Source: a virus
Taxonomy: Duplodnaviria; Caudoviricetes
IMG/VR virus record: IMGVR_UViG_3300009418_000106
Span: 1 to 25,616 of that record
Direction: 5' to 3' (one strand)
DNA length: 25,616 bases
Positions 1 through 10,200 of this stretch are shown in pieces. The position numbers and the translations under genes are program-made. Position 1 is the stretch's first letter. Every line of letters starts with the position of its first letter. The notes under the pieces are model-generated. The model did no database searches, was not told the origin of the DNA, and was given only the letters and a program-made list of their open reading frames with translations.

Positions 1-62
1 ACAGGCTCAAAGTCCTGCGAATGCCGTTGTTAATATATCGCTAGGCACGGCAATCGTTACAC

Positions 63-407
63 CTAGCTGGTTGGGCTGTAATACGGACCAGTCTTGGCAG
101 CACGGGGAATAGCTGTAACCTTTTCTTGTTCAGCTACGATCCGCACGCACCATCGACAGGTACACGCACTACCCGGAGGCCACGAGAGTAAGCCCGCTCT
201 CGCCTTCTTGTTCACATAGTCAGGGTTCCCGGGCATATTCTCTAGCTTCGTGCCCACTGGACTCACCGTCTCGCCACTGGGATTTGTTAGTGCCCTATGG
301 CGGTACAGCGTGACCTTGGGTTGCCACTCGTCTATATACTTCCACGAGTAACCCTGACCTACCAATTCCTGTCGCAACTCAGTGCGTTCCTTAGTTGTTA
401 TTGCCAT
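63..407 (-). CDS. Hypothetical protein downstream of the major capsid gene (possible head-associated protein), with C-terminal CxCxxC motif
   Basis: 114-aa ORF starting 13 bp after the capsid stop, GAGG RBS; contains CTCRWC. Function inferred from position only. Confidence 0.7.
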   Translation of the reverse strand: MAITTKERTELRQELVGQGYSWKYIDEWQPKVTLYRHRALTNPSGETVSPVGTKLENMPGNPDYVNKKARAGLLSWPPGSACTCRWCVRIVAEQEKVTAIPRAAKTGPYYSPTS

Positions 408-419
408 CAGATACCTCTA

Positions 420-1280
420 CTAGCTGGTTGCTGGTGTCGCTGCATCCAGAGTAAGAGCAACACCCTTGCTGTCATCAAGCTCGAATACGCCATAGTCTGC
501 GGTGATCACGACCTCGGTCGCTCTCATGGATGCGTCTCTCTGTCGCTCTGTCCTAGTATCCACACTCTTGAGTACGGCTAAGGCAGACTTGTCAGCGCAA
601 ACGCCTATAGCATCGTCACTGGAGTCAATGCTGATATTTCCATCCTCGAATATCGGCACTCCGTTAATGGGTCTTAGCCCACTGAAGAAGTTGCCGAGCA
701 GGTCAGCGGACCACCCTGCGGGTACGGGATATGTGGTCGATGCCGTCACTGCCGTGTTGGCAATGTCCCACACCGCGAATGGGTGCTGGACGATGTAGAC
801 CTGTGACCCGAACCTGTTACCCTTGGCATACGCCACAGTTGCGGACACGTTTGCAAGGCTCATGGCGCGACCCGCTGAACCAATGTCGGTGCTGAATCCG
901 CTGTAGAGAGCCAGTACGTCCTTGTCCTTCTTGCGCGCCATGCCGTCACCGAGCTGTCTCCCTATAATGGAGAACACATTCTGTGCACTCTGCCGTGCCA
1001 GCTTGTCAGTGATGATGATCTTGGCTCCGACCTCAGCCGCTGTGAGGTCTACCGTGGTCATCCCGATGTCTTCCTCGTCTATGATGTCCTGACCATCAAC
1101 GAGGTCGCTCATGTCCATCTGTCCCACCTTGGGAACAGTGACCTGTTTTGAACCCTTGGGCAATGTGAATTGCTCAATCAGGTTCATCGCTGGAGCATTA
1201 TGCTCCTCTGTGTAACGAGCAGTCGAGATTATGATCCTTTGAGCATTCTCTAGATTACCCGTAGTTGCTGTCTGTGCCAT
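420..1280 (-). CDS. Major capsid protein (HK97-like fold, putative)
   Basis: 286 aa; 'GSKQVTVPK', 'ITDKLARQS', 'LGDGMARKKDKDVL', 'INGVPIFED' and 'ADYGVFEL' resemble phage coat proteins; follows a scaffold-like gene; AGGAGG RBS. Confidence 0.85.
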   Translation of the reverse strand: MAQTATTGNLENAQRIIISTARYTEEHNAPAMNLIEQFTLPKGSKQVTVPKVGQMDMSDLVDGQDIIDEEDIGMTTVDLTAAEVGAKIIITDKLARQSAQNVFSIIGRQLGDGMARKKDKDVLALYSGFSTDIGSAGRAMSLANVSATVAYAKGNRFGSQVYIVQHPFAVWDIANTAVTASTTYPVPAGWSADLLGNFFSGLRPINGVPIFEDGNISIDSSDDAIGVCADKSALAVLKSVDTRTERQRDASMRATEVVITADYGVFELDDSKGVALTLDAATPATS

Positions 1281-1301
1281 TACGCACCTCCTATACTAGC
1301 T

Positions 1302-2048
1302 TCACTGCATCATACGCTTGACGGCAGCAGTAGCCGCCTCTGACCTGTCACCTGAAATATAAGCATCCAGCAAGCGTTGGTCATTGGACGATGCCGGTGC
1401 TGACCCCTGACTGTTGTCGAAGGTCTGCGCCGGGACCTGTCCTTGCTTTAGCCGCGCATTCTCAGACCGTAAGGCCCTGTCTTCCTTCATGCGCTTAGCT
1501 TCCTTTTCCATTTCCGCAGGGGTGCCGGTCTGTTGCAGAAAGCGTAAGTCATTAAGCATCTGCTTATCAGCCAGCCCGTGTTTCTCAAGGTAATGAATAG
1601 CAGCCACCTGTCTGCCCTCAACAAACCCCAAGATTTCAGCAGCTTCCTGCCCCTGTTCTCTAAACCTTTGTTCCTGCTGCACATAACGACGCGCCTGATC
1701 ACGAGCCATAGCAGGGGAGTATCCTGCCTGCGACAGACGTTGCTCGTACTGGCGAGCTGATTGCCCTACCTGATCCCTCCACTGCTGGAGATGATCCAAG
1801 GCACGTCGCTGGTGTACCTCTTGCACCATCCTCTCGTCTAACTGTGGAGCCGCCGGGGCAGTAGGTGGTGCCTGTGCCTCCCCAGCAGGCGCATTAACTA
1901 GCGGCGCATCGGCCTCCATAGCTCCTGATATATTCCCACCGTCTGTATCTTCGGGTGGTGGTGGCAGACCTGCGTCTACATCGGGATCGGATTCATCCAG
2001 ATAGTTAACTGGCTGCTCTACTTCCTGTGGCTCCTCTGGCATTACCAT
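1302..2048 (-). CDS. Putative capsid scaffolding protein
   Basis: Acidic, Pro-rich disordered N-terminus, helical/coiled-coil middle and short C-terminal helix; immediately upstream of the capsid gene. Confidence 0.65.
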   Translation of the reverse strand: MVMPEEPQEVEQPVNYLDESDPDVDAGLPPPPEDTDGGNISGAMEADAPLVNAPAGEAQAPPTAPAAPQLDERMVQEVHQRRALDHLQQWRDQVGQSARQYEQRLSQAGYSPAMARDQARRYVQQEQRFREQGQEAAEILGFVEGRQVAAIHYLEKHGLADKQMLNDLRFLQQTGTPAEMEKEAKRMKEDRALRSENARLKQGQVPAQTFDNSQGSAPASSNDQRLLDAYISGDRSEAATAAVKRMMQ

Positions 2049-2108
2049 ATCCTAGTCTCCTTTTCCTCTATATATATACACCATTCCGTCAACAGGCACA
2101 ACATCTTG

Positions 2109-5100
2109 TTATGGAACCCCCACTCCATTCATGGCCATCTTGCTCTCCTCATACAGTTCCTCATAGGGTACCGTGGGCAATGGAGCCCCCTCCATATATG
2201 CCTCCCTCATGGCATCCAGCCCACGGCCTTCACCATAAACGTGATATCCATACATCAGCATAGTAGAGTACCAGCCCTCTGGTGCCGCATTCAGGAACTG
2301 AAGCTTAAACTGCTTGATAAGCCCAGTAGCTGGCCCTGTGCCCCTTTCCATCTGCGACTTTACTTGAGCTAGTCGCCTATACAGAGGTTGAACCTCAAGG
2401 CCCTCCTTCACGCTGGATGTTGCATCAAACCAATAGTCTATCTCTTCAGTGCTAAGTTCGGGCACCGCTAATCGCATTACTTTCTTAACAGAGGGGTGTT
2501 CGGGTATATCCCAGTACCCAGTGGGAATACCTTCTAGGTCAACCTTCACAGCCCCAAGCCACCTTTTAGCATGTTTCATTTGCTGTATAGCAGGGGGGTA
2601 GTCCTGCTCGTCACGCCTGATACTGTTGAGCAGCCACTCTCTCTCGCCCTCATCCAGAGATCCCCACAAATCCGCTTCCAGTTTATCAAGTTTCTCGAAA
2701 TCCAGACTCCCCGCCTTTGTCGCTGGCATTCCCTCTACCGAGGGGGCCACTTCCTCTTTCACAGTCGCATCGTCATACATCTTGTAGTATCGCCACAGGA
2801 TGTGGGCCCTAGTATCTTTCTCTGGCTCATCGCGCTTCCGACCGGGATAGAGTCTCTCATAGACTCCTCCCTGCATCCTTTGCAAGTCTTCATTCCACTT
2901 GCCATATAGCTCCCTGAACTTGTTTCTCTCTATCCTCCCTACCTCTTCCCTGACATACTTACCAAGATGCCCCTTAGAGAATGGCGTGTCTTTCAGGTGT
3001 GTCGCTGCCTTTGCCATATCGGCAACGGCAAGCTGTTTAATCCTGTCCCTCTCCATCAGATCCTTGCCCCTAGGCCCACGGTAAGCACGGTCCCCGGTTT
3101 CCTCTACCACCCTATCGGAATACTCGTCAAGCTGTGACAGCGACAACTCTTCATAAGGTGTGTCCCGTGTTGCAGGATCAAGCCTGTGCATCTCCTGCAT
3201 ACGCTGTGTTGTTGACATCGGGGAGCCGCGACCACCAATGAACTCCACCCCCGCCCCAACGGCCCTCTCCCGGATCGAACCACCCTCAAGCAGCAGTGCC
3301 TGTGTCCATATAGGCATTATGTCTGGCAACACCACTTCTGTTGCCGCATTCAAGTATGTTTTTGGATCGCCTATCTCGCCCCTCGTCGGCTCCCCAATAT
3401 AGGTATACCCAGACAGTATGTCTGTGGCTCCAGAGGGAACAGGGGCAAGGCTGCCTCGCAAGAACTTTACGGTAGGGTTATTCATGGCAAACTGATATAA
3501 CCCTCCCGCGTCATCTATGTTACGGGGGTCAAATGCACTGGGGTCTGTGAAGCTCCTGCCAAGAAGCTGTATGACGCTCCTTACCTTGGTGCCGGGGCCT
3601 ATGTTCCTACCCCCTACATCCCAAGTGAAAAACCGTGATGATCTGGGGTCGAGGTGCTCTCCTATATCATCTTGGAGATCGGCCATATTCCAGTCATCCC
3701 GGTCCACCCTCAGCATATATCTCCCTGTGGTGATGGCCGTGTTGAGTGCCATTAACCCAGACATAGATTTCACCATTGCGTCGCGTGCTAACCGCGTCCG
3801 CATGGTTTGGGGACCACCCCTGCCCACTGTTTCAACAACCCCAAGAGTTGCATCCCAAAGCAGGGCCGCAATTGCCCTGTTGTACCGTGGTGCAAGTAAC
3901 AGTGTTGTTTCCCACTGACGCACTTGCGCTGACGCGCCTACAGTTTGACTGGATGCTAAACCACGAATCTCGTTAATGAAGGCATCTACGTCAGCCATCT
4001 TCGCAGCATCAACAGAGCCATCGGCGTTTTTAGCCAGATGCTCAAGCCCCTCCGCAAGCTCGACACCCGCTACATCTAGAGCCGTGTTAAACCCACGCTG
4101 GAACGGCTCAAAGAGCTTCCTTATAGGAGTAACGGCCCGTGAGTGCAAGATCCCGCCCTTCTCCATTGCCTCAGTCATCTCGTTACCCTGCAAGGTAGTG
4201 AGTATATTATGTCGCGCTAGGGTAGCTCGGTGTTTATTCATGTATGCTTGGTGAAACTCAGGGTTAACCATCGCCTTGAAGAACCCCGGCAGGGCCTTGG
4301 TATACACTATCCCCGGTCTATAGCCAGACAAGAACAGGAGCTGTATATTAAAGGGGCTCACGTCAGCAGCGAGGGTGAAGAACCTACCTAGGGCATTCAC
4401 CTTATTCACCTTCCCCAGCGCATTACTAAATTGCGGGTGCAGTCCTGCCTCCAGTGCTTTTTTCGCTTCCCCAGCCCTATCCCCACCAAACACATCCCCT
4501 GCAAAGCCGGGGCCTAAGTCTCCTACATATTCCTCACCGAACCGTATCTTCTTGTACTCCTCCGCGCTCAGCTTGCGCATGGTGAGTCCCGCCTCGCCTT
4601 CGGGGAGCGTGTCGGGAATAGTCGCCTGCAACCAATCCAAGAATTTCTTGTTAGCTACCTTGTTATACGCAGCCTGCACATTGAGAGCGAGGGCCTCGTC
4701 CTCAGGGAGATACATGTACCCTTCTTTCAGAGCCTCGGCCTGAGTTGCAAATTGCCGCTCGCCCTCACTTGTCATCTTTGACCCTACCCGCCCCGGCCCC
4801 GGCTGAGAGGAGAATGACTGAGTTGAAATAATCCTGCCACTAGAGTCTTTCTTGGCATAGACGCGCCTGCCCGCATATACACCGCCTTCATCAAAGCCCA
4901 GTTCGTTTACATCAATGCCGTTATCATCGAGGAACTTCAACTTGGCATCTTCAATATCTTGCGCTACTTTAATCCAGTCCTTCTGCTTCTGAGTTGTGAT
5001 ACCAGCAAAGTCATCAGGTCGAGTGCGTATGTCGTTAGGGGCTAACTTTGCAAGCGGGTTGACCATGCCGGGTGTCCTGCCAGACAACCTCATTTCCCGA

Positions 5101-6647
5101 CCGCCCCACGGAAGGATTCCCGCACCCTTTACAGGGTCTTCTGCAATAAGCCCGGTATCTTTGTCTACCTTGCCAAAGACATCCTCAAAGCTACCCAGTT
5201 CCCTGAGCCTTGACATTGCCGCCTGAGTCTTCTGCTGACCCTGCGACATCAGGATGGCTCTGCCAACGAGTGCCTGTAGCTCTACCTTCCCTGCTACCGC
5301 AGCACGGTTCAGCGGACCATATATCTGCTTTATGACAGGGAAGTTGGCAAGCTTGCGGCCCACGTCTGGCCGTTGCGAGATATCAATGACCTCGCCAATA
5401 TCCTGTAGGTCAGTCATCAACGGGCCCTCAGGCCCATACTGGCCACTGGGTCCCTCTGTGGGCATTGGGGGCGCAACCTGCTCCTCTGGTAGCGGCAGTC
5501 CCACTAGGTCATCAGCCTCATCTACTAGGCCACTCCCCGGCATCTGGAGCATCTCGGACTCCCTCATGTCTTGCTGATACTGAAGGCTTGCCTGTTTGGC
5601 CCTAGGGCCACGGACCATCAACTCAGACCTTTCTAGGTCCTTTTGCACCAGCGTTGCCTTGCCCTTGAGGTCGGCAAGCATCTCGTCGGCCTTACGAAGA
5701 ACATCTTTCGCCGCAGCGGAGACACGCCTGTCGCCCTTTGTCACCCTCATTCTTACAGAAGGTATCTCCAGTTGTTGGCGCGCCCTTATTACTTGATTCT
5801 CGAAGTAGCTGTATCCCGGTATATCCGAGAGCTCAGACGGGTCTAGGTTCATAGCGTTTTCTAAATCACGAACTTTGCCAGTTATATACTCAACCCTATA
5901 TTTATCATGGGCGATTTTAGACTCTCTGCCACGAACCTCATGTGCCTGCTCCCCTATGTCGATCTCCCCTTGTGCCTGTTTCACCCTCGCCCTCTCCAGC
6001 GGAGTGGGTATTTCTGCCCTGCGCGTTGTCGGGACAACCCTCTCCACAACAGAGGGAGGGACATCAAGTGCTACTTCCTGTACTGTTTCTGCTAACGGAG
6101 CTGTAGGTGGGGGAGTGCCGCGTAACCAACGCGCACCAGCTTTGAAGGGTAGCATTGCCCCGCGACCTATCGCTTCCTCAATCTCCCACGGAGCACGCAG
6201 GGTCTTACCTAAGCCAACAGCATACGGAGCAAACCTTCCCAGTTGTGGTGCTGCTGCTAACACCCTACCACCCACAGCCGCTGCGCCCACTGGGGCAATC
6301 GCACCCGTAATCGCCTCAGAAGCACCCCAGAAACCGGGCCCTGCGGCCATCGCATCTTGATATGCCTCAATACCAGCATCCACGTCACCCTGCATACTGA
6401 CATCCACGAACTGCCGCGCTGCTTCAGGGATGTCTAGGGGGTCAGGCAGCCAGTCTCTCACGCCCGGAATAAACCGCCCTGCCCATCCCGGAAGACTAGT
6501 GGCAATACCGGCACCACCATAAGCACCTATTAACCTACCAACGCGCTCTAGGCTGCTAAGCGTAGTGCCCAAGACCGATGAGGGGGCTTGTGCCTCAGGA
6601 GCAGGCTTCCCCATCGCCCGTAGTTTTTCTAGCGTAATTCTACCCAT
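2109..6647 (-). CDS. Large (1512 aa) protein, probable internal virion/DNA-ejection protein
   Basis: Long ORF whose start overlaps the upstream stop (TAATG); largely helical; segment 'LAPVPSGATDILSGYTYIGEP' recalls large polyvalent/ejection-type proteins. Function is inference. Confidence 0.5.
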   Translation of the reverse strand: MGRITLEKLRAMGKPAPEAQAPSSVLGTTLSSLERVGRLIGAYGGAGIATSLPGWAGRFIPGVRDWLPDPLDIPEAARQFVDVSMQGDVDAGIEAYQDAMAAGPGFWGASEAITGAIAPVGAAAVGGRVLAAAPQLGRFAPYAVGLGKTLRAPWEIEEAIGRGAMLPFKAGARWLRGTPPPTAPLAETVQEVALDVPPSVVERVVPTTRRAEIPTPLERARVKQAQGEIDIGEQAHEVRGRESKIAHDKYRVEYITGKVRDLENAMNLDPSELSDIPGYSYFENQVIRARQQLEIPSVRMRVTKGDRRVSAAAKDVLRKADEMLADLKGKATLVQKDLERSELMVRGPRAKQASLQYQQDMRESEMLQMPGSGLVDEADDLVGLPLPEEQVAPPMPTEGPSGQYGPEGPLMTDLQDIGEVIDISQRPDVGRKLANFPVIKQIYGPLNRAAVAGKVELQALVGRAILMSQGQQKTQAAMSRLRELGSFEDVFGKVDKDTGLIAEDPVKGAGILPWGGREMRLSGRTPGMVNPLAKLAPNDIRTRPDDFAGITTQKQKDWIKVAQDIEDAKLKFLDDNGIDVNELGFDEGGVYAGRRVYAKKDSSGRIISTQSFSSQPGPGRVGSKMTSEGERQFATQAEALKEGYMYLPEDEALALNVQAAYNKVANKKFLDWLQATIPDTLPEGEAGLTMRKLSAEEYKKIRFGEEYVGDLGPGFAGDVFGGDRAGEAKKALEAGLHPQFSNALGKVNKVNALGRFFTLAADVSPFNIQLLFLSGYRPGIVYTKALPGFFKAMVNPEFHQAYMNKHRATLARHNILTTLQGNEMTEAMEKGGILHSRAVTPIRKLFEPFQRGFNTALDVAGVELAEGLEHLAKNADGSVDAAKMADVDAFINEIRGLASSQTVGASAQVRQWETTLLLAPRYNRAIAALLWDATLGVVETVGRGGPQTMRTRLARDAMVKSMSGLMALNTAITTGRYMLRVDRDDWNMADLQDDIGEHLDPRSSRFFTWDVGGRNIGPGTKVRSVIQLLGRSFTDPSAFDPRNIDDAGGLYQFAMNNPTVKFLRGSLAPVPSGATDILSGYTYIGEPTRGEIGDPKTYLNAATEVVLPDIMPIWTQALLLEGGSIRERAVGAGVEFIGGRGSPMSTTQRMQEMHRLDPATRDTPYEELSLSQLDEYSDRVVEETGDRAYRGPRGKDLMERDRIKQLAVADMAKAATHLKDTPFSKGHLGKYVREEVGRIERNKFRELYGKWNEDLQRMQGGVYERLYPGRKRDEPEKDTRAHILWRYYKMYDDATVKEEVAPSVEGMPATKAGSLDFEKLDKLEADLWGSLDEGEREWLLNSIRRDEQDYPPAIQQMKHAKRWLGAVKVDLEGIPTGYWDIPEHPSVKKVMRLAVPELSTEEIDYWFDATSSVKEGLEVQPLYRRLAQVKSQMERGTGPATGLIKQFKLQFLNAAPEGWYSTMLMYGYHVYGEGRGLDAMREAYMEGAPLPTVPYEELYEESKMAMNGVGVP

Positions 6648-6985
6648 TAGAAGTTATATAGGAATCTCGTCCGTGGATTTGCCGCCATTCCTGTTACACC
6701 CCTGTTCTGCTGCGGCAAGGACGAGTACCTCTTGGTCCACGGGTCCGTCTCAAGGAACTCCATGAAGCTTGTCGGCTGCTGCCCCCCACGCAGGGAAGTG
6801 CCAGCCGACCCTAGGTATTCCTTGAAAATATCATCGTAAGCATTGGAGAAGTACCTGCGCCTGCGCGGACTACCCTGCCCAAAGGCCATGCCCGTGGGCG
6901 AGCTATAGTACTGGGCAGGCTCATACTGCTCAAGAACCCCACTAGCCAGCCAGTCCTTCCACATGTCAGAGTTCTGCATCGTCAT
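6647..6985 (-). CDS. Hypothetical virion-module protein
   Basis: 112-aa ORF with AGGAG RBS, translationally coupled to the 1512-aa gene. Confidence 0.7.
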   Translation of the reverse strand: MTMQNSDMWKDWLASGVLEQYEPAQYYSSPTGMAFGQGSPRRRRYFSNAYDDIFKEYLGSAGTSLRGGQQPTSFMEFLETDPWTKRYSSLPQQNRGVTGMAANPRTRFLYNF

Positions 6986-6998
6986 GGCCTACTCCTTA

Positions 6999-7664
6999 CT
7001 ACTGCTGTAGATACCAATTCAGGAATGAACCGGGGTCATACCCTTGACCAAAGCGTGACGCAGCCATAGCTTGTATGGCATCCTGTATTGCCCCTGCCAT
7101 CCTGCCCTGATACTGCCCGCCACCGCCGCGTTGCAATGCGAGCAGGTTGGCCACGCCCATCTGGTTTGCCCGACCCGTCTGGGATACGGGATCAAAGTAA
7201 TCCCGGAGGCTCGCGCCCCGTAACCCCTGTGCCGATTCGGGTCCCCCTACGGCCATTTGGTACGCACCGAATTCGTCCTCTGACATACCCCCGAACCTCA
7301 CAGCCTCTGCCGCACGATCCCTCAGTGCCTCTGGGCTAAGATACATCCGGCTTGCATACCCACCACCCCCAGCCGGTAGCTTGGACCCTAGGAAACCAGA
7401 AAAGGTTTGTCCGGGGGTCTGCTCCAACTGATATCGTGTCTCTAGCTGACTCCGTAAGTCTTGCAGGGGCACCCGTGATGACCATGTGCGGCCAACATTC
7501 CGCATCAGGTTTTGCCAGTCCATGTCTGGCGTGCGATAACCAGCGAGATCGCCGGGGATCAGTCCTGCCCCCACATCCGCTGCGGTATACCCCCCAGCCC
7601 CGGCTGTTTCCCATCCCGGTACGCCTCCCCACTGGCCCGTTAAATTTCCAATACCATTTACCAT
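6999..7664 (-). CDS. Gly-rich hypothetical virion-module protein
   Basis: 221-aa ORF with AGGAGG RBS, co-oriented in the structural operon. Confidence 0.7.
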   Translation of the reverse strand: MVNGIGNLTGQWGGVPGWETAGAGGYTAADVGAGLIPGDLAGYRTPDMDWQNLMRNVGRTWSSRVPLQDLRSQLETRYQLEQTPGQTFSGFLGSKLPAGGGGYASRMYLSPEALRDRAAEAVRFGGMSEDEFGAYQMAVGGPESAQGLRGASLRDYFDPVSQTGRANQMGVANLLALQRGGGGQYQGRMAGAIQDAIQAMAASRFGQGYDPGSFLNWYLQQ

Positions 7665-7692
7665 CGGCCTACCTCCTTGGTGTTATTAAATC

Positions 7693-10200
7693 CTACCTGT
7701 GCATCGGTCCCATTTTCCATACTGTCGGGTCTGCCATTATCCTCTTCTTATCCTCCGCACTCTTGGCATCAAACACATGCTTGGGCTCTTCAGTCCATCG
7801 TCCTGTTCTATACGGCTTACCCGCCTTACGCTTCTTTTCTTCTTCCTCGTTATAGCCATATGCCGTTCCTATATCTGTACGAGTATCCGTGCCTTTGAAT
7901 GACCCTGTGTCAAACTTTTCGCCCTTCCCTAACGCCGCACTGCTCTGAAGGAAATAATCCTCGGGAATCCCCATTTTCGTCCACGGAGACTGAGCCTCAA
8001 GGTAGGCATCTACCTCTCCCTCTCGGATAGCAACCTCATCAGGGCTCAAGGAACCGCTGGTCTGGGTTTGGTAATATGTATCTGGTTTCTTTAGATCAGT
8101 GAAGTCGTATTGCTCTTCCCTTACCGTTGACCCAAGCGGAGCCCTGTCAGTTGCCATCTCGTAATATGTAGGTCTATTTCGTATGTCCAGCAGATCGCTG
8201 AAGTCGTACTTCGAGACTTCCCCGTCCACCCCATAGGCATCCGGGTACCCACCCAAGTCTCCGTCGTCATCATATCCCGCACCTAGTTGGCCTGTCCCCG
8301 GAAATGCCGTAGCCACCTCGGTGGGCTGCGTCATCCTTCGGAAGATTTCCGCTTCGGAAACACCCGTCTTTCTCCACCAGTCCATTGTCTTTTGCATCAC
8401 GCCATGTATCCTTGAGGCATTATAGTCCGTGTTCCCACTCGTAGCGTTTAGCTTCGCCAGAGTTCCCATCCTGAACCGGCTATAGCCATCATCCCCACCA
8501 AACATGGCGAGTAGCGGCATTGACGCTCCAGCGGCAAACTGGTCACCACCTGCCTCGTAGTCTGTCATCAGATTAGACAGATACTCCAATCTCTTTGTGA
8601 ACTGTTCCCCGGATTTATAAGCACGGGGGTTCCACACATAGCCCTTCATGCCACCCCCCTCAGCATCGCGGCTGAGGAACGCCTTATACATAGCTTCTAC
8701 CTGATCAAAGTGTTTGTCTCCCGAAGCCCCTGCTGCTGCATACTGCGTGCCCGTTGCCCAAGGGGCATAGGCATTATCCGCGTGCCACAACCAGAACAGC
8801 ACCTCGGACTCCGCTTGAAGCTCATCCATACGGGCACGCACTTCGCTGTGGTTGCCACCCGGCACACCCGCCATAGTCTCATAGAATATCTTGGTAAACT
8901 CTGCTGCTGTCTTGGGTTCTGTCATAGCTGCTGCCAGCGCAGCCTGATCAGCAGTAGCCTGCGCCGACTGCGTAGGGCCTGCATCATCAACGTCAACAGT
9001 GATCGGCTGCCCGTATAACTCCGGGTCAACGAAGGAAAGGGGATGCGCGGGCACAGACTTCCTGCCGAGGTTTGTTGCCCACTTTTCAATTAGCTCAGGG
9101 GTAATCATCTCTGAGGCGGCTAGGTCCTCCATTGAGGGCACCGGTATATTGTTTTTCTTAAGCCAGCCCCAATATTCTGTCCGTAAGTCTATAATCTCCA
9201 TCGCTGCCATCAGACCGTCATGCAGGACAGGCTTTTCAGACTCGAACTCAACGTGGTAGTCTAAGAACGATTGCACGTCGCTATTAAGCAATTGCCCGTA
9301 TGTTAAGCCGAGAAAAACACCTTCGATGACATCCTGATCCGTTGCTGCGTACTCCTCTTCTGGGCTTGGTAAGAGGCTGTGCTGCATCATATCGAAAGCG
9401 GTCTGAGCCCTCTGCCGCTCTGCAAAAGGAACCTCTAAGGGATCAGGAACAGGAGTCGTTGACAACGTAGGTACAACTTGTGTCGATTCATTCGCATCCA
9501 CTACCGTATCAGCCCCTAGAGCGGTGAAGAGGTCGCCGTAGTCCTCATGACTCCCGCTACCCGCATACAAGGAGCCAGCAAGAGTACTGACGTGAAGCTC
9601 AGGGTCATCAGGGTGCGCTACGGTGTATCCTTCCTGTTCTGTCAGACCGGCAAGGGACTGATCATAGCTGTTAATGCTACTATTGATACCAGCATCGACC
9701 AGATCCATCGTTACCTTGAGGGCATTCCCTCCCACAGACATGGCTATCTTACTGCCCTGATCCCACCAATCATCTATCAAAGCCCCTGCCTGAGCAAGCA
9801 AGTTGCCTGCTTCTGCCTGTACTTCTACTCTCTCGCCGGGGTCAACCGACAGGAGTTCGGGTATGCTGGGGTTCTCTGCCAGCACCATGTCGATCTCTTC
9901 ATCAGTAAGTGTCGGCCCCCACGGTGTCAGCAGGGCATTCGGGTTATCAATCTGGTATATTGTCTGGTCTACGATATCAGGATATAGGTCCTTGTAATCC
10001 TCGTAGCTGCCACCAGCCCCGATACCCTCGTCAGTTTCAAACTCATCAAACTCCGCTTCCTCCCGTGCCCTAACCTCATCCTTGACTACCTGATCGAGAC
10101 TCTTATTACCAAGGGCCATCGCAAATGTTGCGGCCAGTCCCATAGTTGACAGCGGCACAATGTTCCTGAATGCCTTTGTAATGTTATCAAAATCAACCAT
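7693..10200 (-). CDS. Acidic 835-aa hypothetical protein (possible ejection/pilot protein)
   Basis: Start overlaps the portal stop (TAATG); N-terminal hydrophobic stretch 'LSTMGLAATFAMALG'; Asp/Glu-rich. Confidence 0.6.
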   Translation of the reverse strand: MVDFDNITKAFRNIVPLSTMGLAATFAMALGNKSLDQVVKDEVRAREEAEFDEFETDEGIGAGGSYEDYKDLYPDIVDQTIYQIDNPNALLTPWGPTLTDEEIDMVLAENPSIPELLSVDPGERVEVQAEAGNLLAQAGALIDDWWDQGSKIAMSVGGNALKVTMDLVDAGINSSINSYDQSLAGLTEQEGYTVAHPDDPELHVSTLAGSLYAGSGSHEDYGDLFTALGADTVVDANESTQVVPTLSTTPVPDPLEVPFAERQRAQTAFDMMQHSLLPSPEEEYAATDQDVIEGVFLGLTYGQLLNSDVQSFLDYHVEFESEKPVLHDGLMAAMEIIDLRTEYWGWLKKNNIPVPSMEDLAASEMITPELIEKWATNLGRKSVPAHPLSFVDPELYGQPITVDVDDAGPTQSAQATADQAALAAAMTEPKTAAEFTKIFYETMAGVPGGNHSEVRARMDELQAESEVLFWLWHADNAYAPWATGTQYAAAGASGDKHFDQVEAMYKAFLSRDAEGGGMKGYVWNPRAYKSGEQFTKRLEYLSNLMTDYEAGGDQFAAGASMPLLAMFGGDDGYSRFRMGTLAKLNATSGNTDYNASRIHGVMQKTMDWWRKTGVSEAEIFRRMTQPTEVATAFPGTGQLGAGYDDDGDLGGYPDAYGVDGEVSKYDFSDLLDIRNRPTYYEMATDRAPLGSTVREEQYDFTDLKKPDTYYQTQTSGSLSPDEVAIREGEVDAYLEAQSPWTKMGIPEDYFLQSSAALGKGEKFDTGSFKGTDTRTDIGTAYGYNEEEEKKRKAGKPYRTGRWTEEPKHVFDAKSAEDKKRIMADPTVWKMGPMHR

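Noticed and set aside
63-430. Shared 11-bp CTAGCTGGTTG at the ends of the capsid gene and the next gene
   Set aside because: Only two short copies including the stop codon; cannot be distinguished from chance.
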